A stretch of 36,608 nucleotides of DNA, from NCBI GenBank assembly GCA_030610785.1, contig JAUWRB010000002.1, positions 1 through 36,608 on the forward strand. The letters are read 5' to 3'. Numbering within the stretch: the stretch's first letter is position 1; each line of letters starts with the position of its first letter. Under the pieces are notes generated by a model that did no database searches, was not told where the DNA came from, and saw only the letters and a program-made list of their open reading frames with translations. This DNA comes from Promethearchaeota archaeon. Lineage in GTDB: Archaea; Asgardarchaeota; Lokiarchaeia; Sigyniarchaeales; SOKP01. The position numbers and the translations under genes are program-made. Shown here in pieces: positions 34,309-36,608 of this stretch.

Positions 34309-35481
34309 TCATGGATTTTGAGGTGGTAAGGGTGGCACAATATCATCCTTCCATTCTTTTGAGATGGGATGAGTCCACCAATGACGTGGAATATTTAAAT
34401 AATTGCCATATTTCCTTAATCCCTTTTTAAACGCAATTATATTTTCTTTTGACACATTTATTTGTCCTACTTGCGGATAAAAATAAGCACCATATCCTCC
34501 TTCTGATGTACCTAGGTTTCTTACCATGTGCCAAACTTCTCGTTCGCACTCCTCTGGCGTACCTTGGGGATATATCGTTTGAATGTTCACGCACCCCCAC
34601 ATCATAATTTTTCCCCTGAATTGTTCTAAGTCGGGATATCTTGTCATGCGGGGGCTATCAAATTCAATTGCATCGAGACCCCATTCAATAAGGAAAGGTA
34701 AAATCTTATCTATCTTTCCGCAACAGTGGTGATGGAATTCACACTTAAGGTCATGCGCAGTTTCATAAAGCGTACGATATATGGGCTCATAAAATTTTTT
34801 AAACATCTTGGGATTTATTAAAGAGCGGTCTTGCGTGCCTAAATCTTCATACATAAAAAATCCATCTGGGTTTCCTCCATATTTTACCCACATTTTCATA
34901 TTTTTCGTGAAATACTCCGTGATGTGTTCAAGAAGGAACTTAACTTTATCAGGGTTTCGACGGTGATCCATTAAGAAATTCGTAAATCCTCGCATGTTCA
35001 TTGCTACTGATAAAGGAGCGTGAGGTCCTAAAATTGCCATGAGATATTTTTTTCCTACAACGGATTCGGACATTTTCGCAAAAGTAGAATATTTGCTCTT
35101 TTCTTCGGCATTAGGCGTGTATCTTTCTAAATATTCGTCTAACTTAGACCAATCAGGAAGAGAAGGCCTCCCAGGATGCCCCATTGTGTCGCCAGACCCC
35201 GTGCGGTTCCAGATACACCCCCATTCGTCAATTTCTTCACGTTTTAATTTCTTCCAATTGTCATACTTAGAGTTTTTAGCCCATTCTGGTTTGTCCCATT
35301 CAAAGGTTTCACCATGAGGAAATAATCCTTTTTCATCTTCAGCATGACCAGGTTTCCAATCCTTGGAGGGCATTGTTAATAATGGAAATACATCGCTATT
35401 AGCTTTACCATAATTAATAATGGGAACTTTATCCGGATTAGAAAAGTGAATAGCTGCTTTAACTCTTTCTACTGAATTCAT
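34309..35481 (-). CDS. URO-D/MtaA-like methyltransferase family protein (paralogue 4 of 4, solitary)
   Basis: N-terminus VERVKAAIHFSNPDKVPII and zinc-type motif FHHHCCGKIDKILPFLIEWGLDAIEFD. The C-terminal part of the barrel reads EGGYGAYFYPQVG. Confidence 0.7.
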   Translation of the reverse strand: MNSVERVKAAIHFSNPDKVPIINYGKANSDVFPLLTMPSKDWKPGHAEDEKGLFPHGETFEWDKPEWAKNSKYDNWKKLKREEIDEWGCIWNRTGSGDTMGHPGRPSLPDWSKLDEYLERYTPNAEEKSKYSTFAKMSESVVGKKYLMAILGPHAPLSVAMNMRGFTNFLMDHRRNPDKVKFLLEHITEYFTKNMKMWVKYGGNPDGFFMYEDLGTQDRSLINPKMFKKFYEPIYRTLYETAHDLKCEFHHHCCGKIDKILPFLIEWGLDAIEFDSPRMTRYPDLEQFRGKIMMWGCVNIQTIYPQGTPEECEREVWHMVRNLGTSEGGYGAYFYPQVGQINVSKENIIAFKKGLRKYGNYLNIPRHWWTHPISKEWKDDIVPPLPPQNP

Positions 35482-35613
35482 TTTATTTATATTAACAAAT
35501 TATTTATAAATTTAATGTTTAATTCATAAAAAAAGACTTACTTAAAAAAAAAAAATATAAAAAAAAATCATGTGCTTAATTTTTTGCTATTTCCAGCTTT
35601 AAATTCCTAATTT

Positions 35614-35742
35614 GTGTTGGTTGAGATAGAAAATGCGTGTTGGGCGTGCGATACTGCTTTAGATGAGACAAAACCCGTGAAATTGGACAAGGGAAAAGAA
35701 GAGGAGGAAGATATTGAAGTTGACAAGATCGTGAGAGAATAA
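35614..35742 (+). other. orphan 42-codon ORF / gene fragment with one CxxC knuckle and an acidic tail
   Basis: GTG at 35614 gives VLVEIENACWACDTALDETKPVKLDKGKEEEEDIEVDKIVRE*. The patch is more G+C-rich than its surroundings. Only half of a zinc-ribbon is present, so it is probably a remnant. Confidence 0.25.
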
Positions 35743-35764
35743 AAATATCTTAAATTTTAAAGAA

Positions 35765-35930
35765 GAATCCGAAAGATATACGCTGTAATTTTTCAAAAAA
35801 ATTCAAGAATTCATTGGATCAGTTTTAAAATAAAGTTATAATTGTAGTTGCTGGTGTCCATGAATAATTTTTAGGATTTCAACCCATTTAAGTCATCTTC
35901 AGCTTCTGGTTTCCATTCTATTTTAGCCAT
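35765..35930 (-). pseudogene. remnant of a RelE/ParE-type toxin gene
   Basis: ATG at 35930-35928 overlaps the antitoxin stop codon (ATGGCTAAAATAG). It reads MAKIEWKPEAEDDLNGLKS* (stop at 35871-35873), a typical RelE/ParE N-terminus (I.W...A..DL). It continues through further stops as KLFMDTSNYNYNFILKLIQ*ILEFF*KITAYIFRILL*. The total length is far shorter than a ~90-aa toxin. Confidence 0.45.
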
Positions 35931-36118
35931 TTTTCTTTTAATCGCTTCTTTGCACTTTTCATGACTTCTTGGTGAGTGTGTTCTTTTCCGTTACTATTTT
36001 GCTTCAACGCTCTCTCTATCCCTTCTTTTACACGGAGATGGTATATTATTTCCTCTAAAGTAGTGTTATCTGGTAAATCTTTTATAAACGAGATTACTTC
36101 TTTTTTAAGCTTACTCAT
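35918..36118 (-). CDS. small antitoxin-like protein (addiction-module component type)
   Basis: 66 aa. The N-terminal DLPDNTTLEEIIYHL and the C-terminal GIERALKQNSNGKEHTHQEVMKSAKKRLKEKW resemble antitoxins that pair with RelE/ParE toxins (E.G..d...G....h.EV......W). It overlaps the start of the toxin remnant. Confidence 0.45.
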   Translation of the reverse strand: MSKLKKEVISFIKDLPDNTTLEEIIYHLRVKEGIERALKQNSNGKEHTHQEVMKSAKKRLKEKWLK

Positions 36119-36318
36119 AATTTCTCTCTATTTAAATAGTATTTTGAGAATTTTAAATTGTTGGTTTTCTGGGATCTTTTAAATATAAGATTACTTTTAA
36201 AACTAAATTCATTCATAACATTTTACATTTTATTTAAATCAAGCAGAAATTTCAAGGATTATTGTACCTCTTTCTTAATTATCCTATTAATGCCACCTTA
36301 GAGAGATTCTTCAATGCC

Positions 36319-36608
36319 TCATTTCCAAAAATTCATTATTTCAAAAATGTTCATTTTCTTTAGTTTTTTAAATTGTTTTAAAAGTATTACCGTAATCATG
36401 AAGATCATTCTTTCCATAAGACCCATTATTAAGAATTCTCCAATTAAAATGCCAATAGGTATCGAAATTACAAAATAAATCAGAATTTCCTGAATAATGG
36501 CCTTTTTAGCTTCTCTATCCCGGAGTCCTAAAGCTTTCATGGTGGCGTAATCTTCAATCCTGTACTCAATGATGTTTTTAATGATAACAGCAGAGATTAA
36601 TAATCCAA
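36319..36608 (-). CDS. partial (5' end outside the window) FtsX/MacB-like ABC transporter permease, possibly C-terminally truncated
   Basis: The frame stays open upstream of the track ORF to the window edge: LLISAVIIKNIIEYRIEDYATMKALGLRDREAKKAIIQEILIYFVISIPIGILIG. This matches the FtsX-domain signature (n......R..E.a.lkalG......i...E). The sequence after the third helix ends early and looks atypical. Confidence 0.45.
   Translation of the reverse strand, partial: GLLISAVIIKNIIEYRIEDYATMKALGLRDREAKKAIIQEILIYFVISIPIGILIGEFLIMGLMERMIFMITVILLKQFKKLKKMNIFEIMNFWK

Noticed and set aside
1292-35317. About 27 track ORFs of 60-167 aa lying antisense to, or out of frame within, well-supported genes. Examples: 1292-1606, 1326-1520, 1912-2157, 2512-2757, 6795-7073, 10590-11093, 12686-12904, 13646-14119, 14535-14867, 16992-17189, 18042-18338, 20580-20768, 21352-21585, 24713-24982, 25342-25593, 25987-26271, 27602-27901, 28942-29127, 29465-29659, 30762-30959, 30972-31274, 31949-32131, 32658-32840, 33183-33398, 33603-33797, 35039-35317.
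   Set aside because: Each is fully or largely embedded in a longer ORF with clear family motifs. Their translations are low-complexity or hydrophobic strings with no motifs. They are shadow ORFs.
35976-36182. A plus-strand 68-aa ORF overlapping the antitoxin-like gene.
   Set aside because: It is the antisense shadow of the 35918-36118 ORF, with a Phe/Ser/Leu-rich translation and no motif.
1-36608. CRISPR arrays, rRNA genes or large dispersed repeats.
   Set aside because: Scanning all spacers longer than 100 nt showed no regularly spaced direct repeats and no G+C-rich rRNA/tRNA-like islands, apart from nt 1-135 and 35614-35742. The only tandem repeats are the 27-bp pair at 7867-7920 and the (TTA)n microsatellite.

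Overview
This is a very AT-rich, gene-dense chromosomal window that reads as archaeal. It carries isoprenoid ether-lipid genes (GGGP synthase, UbiA-type DGGGP synthase, geranylgeranyl reductase) and an archaeal-type ribosomal protein uS2. It also shows oligo-T tracts after genes and several TTG starts. The gene mix (many URO-D/MtaA-like methyltransferases, a corrinoid protein, CooC, bacterial-type AroK) would fit an Asgard/Lokiarchaeia-like or Bathyarchaeia-like anaerobe, but taxonomy cannot be established from the window alone.

From left to right the window contains:
- A possible TnpB-like gene tail with RNA hairpins at the left edge.
- An ether-lipid cluster with a polyprenol-kinase-family gene.
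- A decayed alpha/beta-hydrolase.
- A block joining a GPH-type glycoside transporter, two paralogous Gfo/Idh/MocA oxidoreductases and an IlvD/Edd dehydratase. These are directly followed by a corrinoid protein and two URO-D-family methyltransferases.
- A solitary gamma-class N6-adenine DNA methyltransferase.
- A TPP enzyme of the acetolactate-synthase family, CooC, and uS2 with an acidic N-terminal extension.
- leuCD coupled to an M28 peptidase split by transmembrane hairpins, then tmk.
- Shikimate/aromatic genes (tyrA, aroE, aroK).
- A BKACE gene broken by one in-frame TAA and a metallo-beta-lactamase-fold gene stub.
- GNAT, TrmO, GyrI-like and ArsR genes, DUF364, and a fourth URO-D paralogue.
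- A decayed toxin-antitoxin locus and a partial FtsX-like permease at the right edge.

I saw no rRNA, convincing tRNA or CRISPR array. The most interesting candidate system is the 6.3-15.1 kb block. It pairs glycoside uptake and sugar oxidation with a corrinoid-dependent (MT-CP-MT) methyl-transfer module, a combination I do not recognise as a described pathway. All calls come from motif reading by eye; no searches or computations were run.
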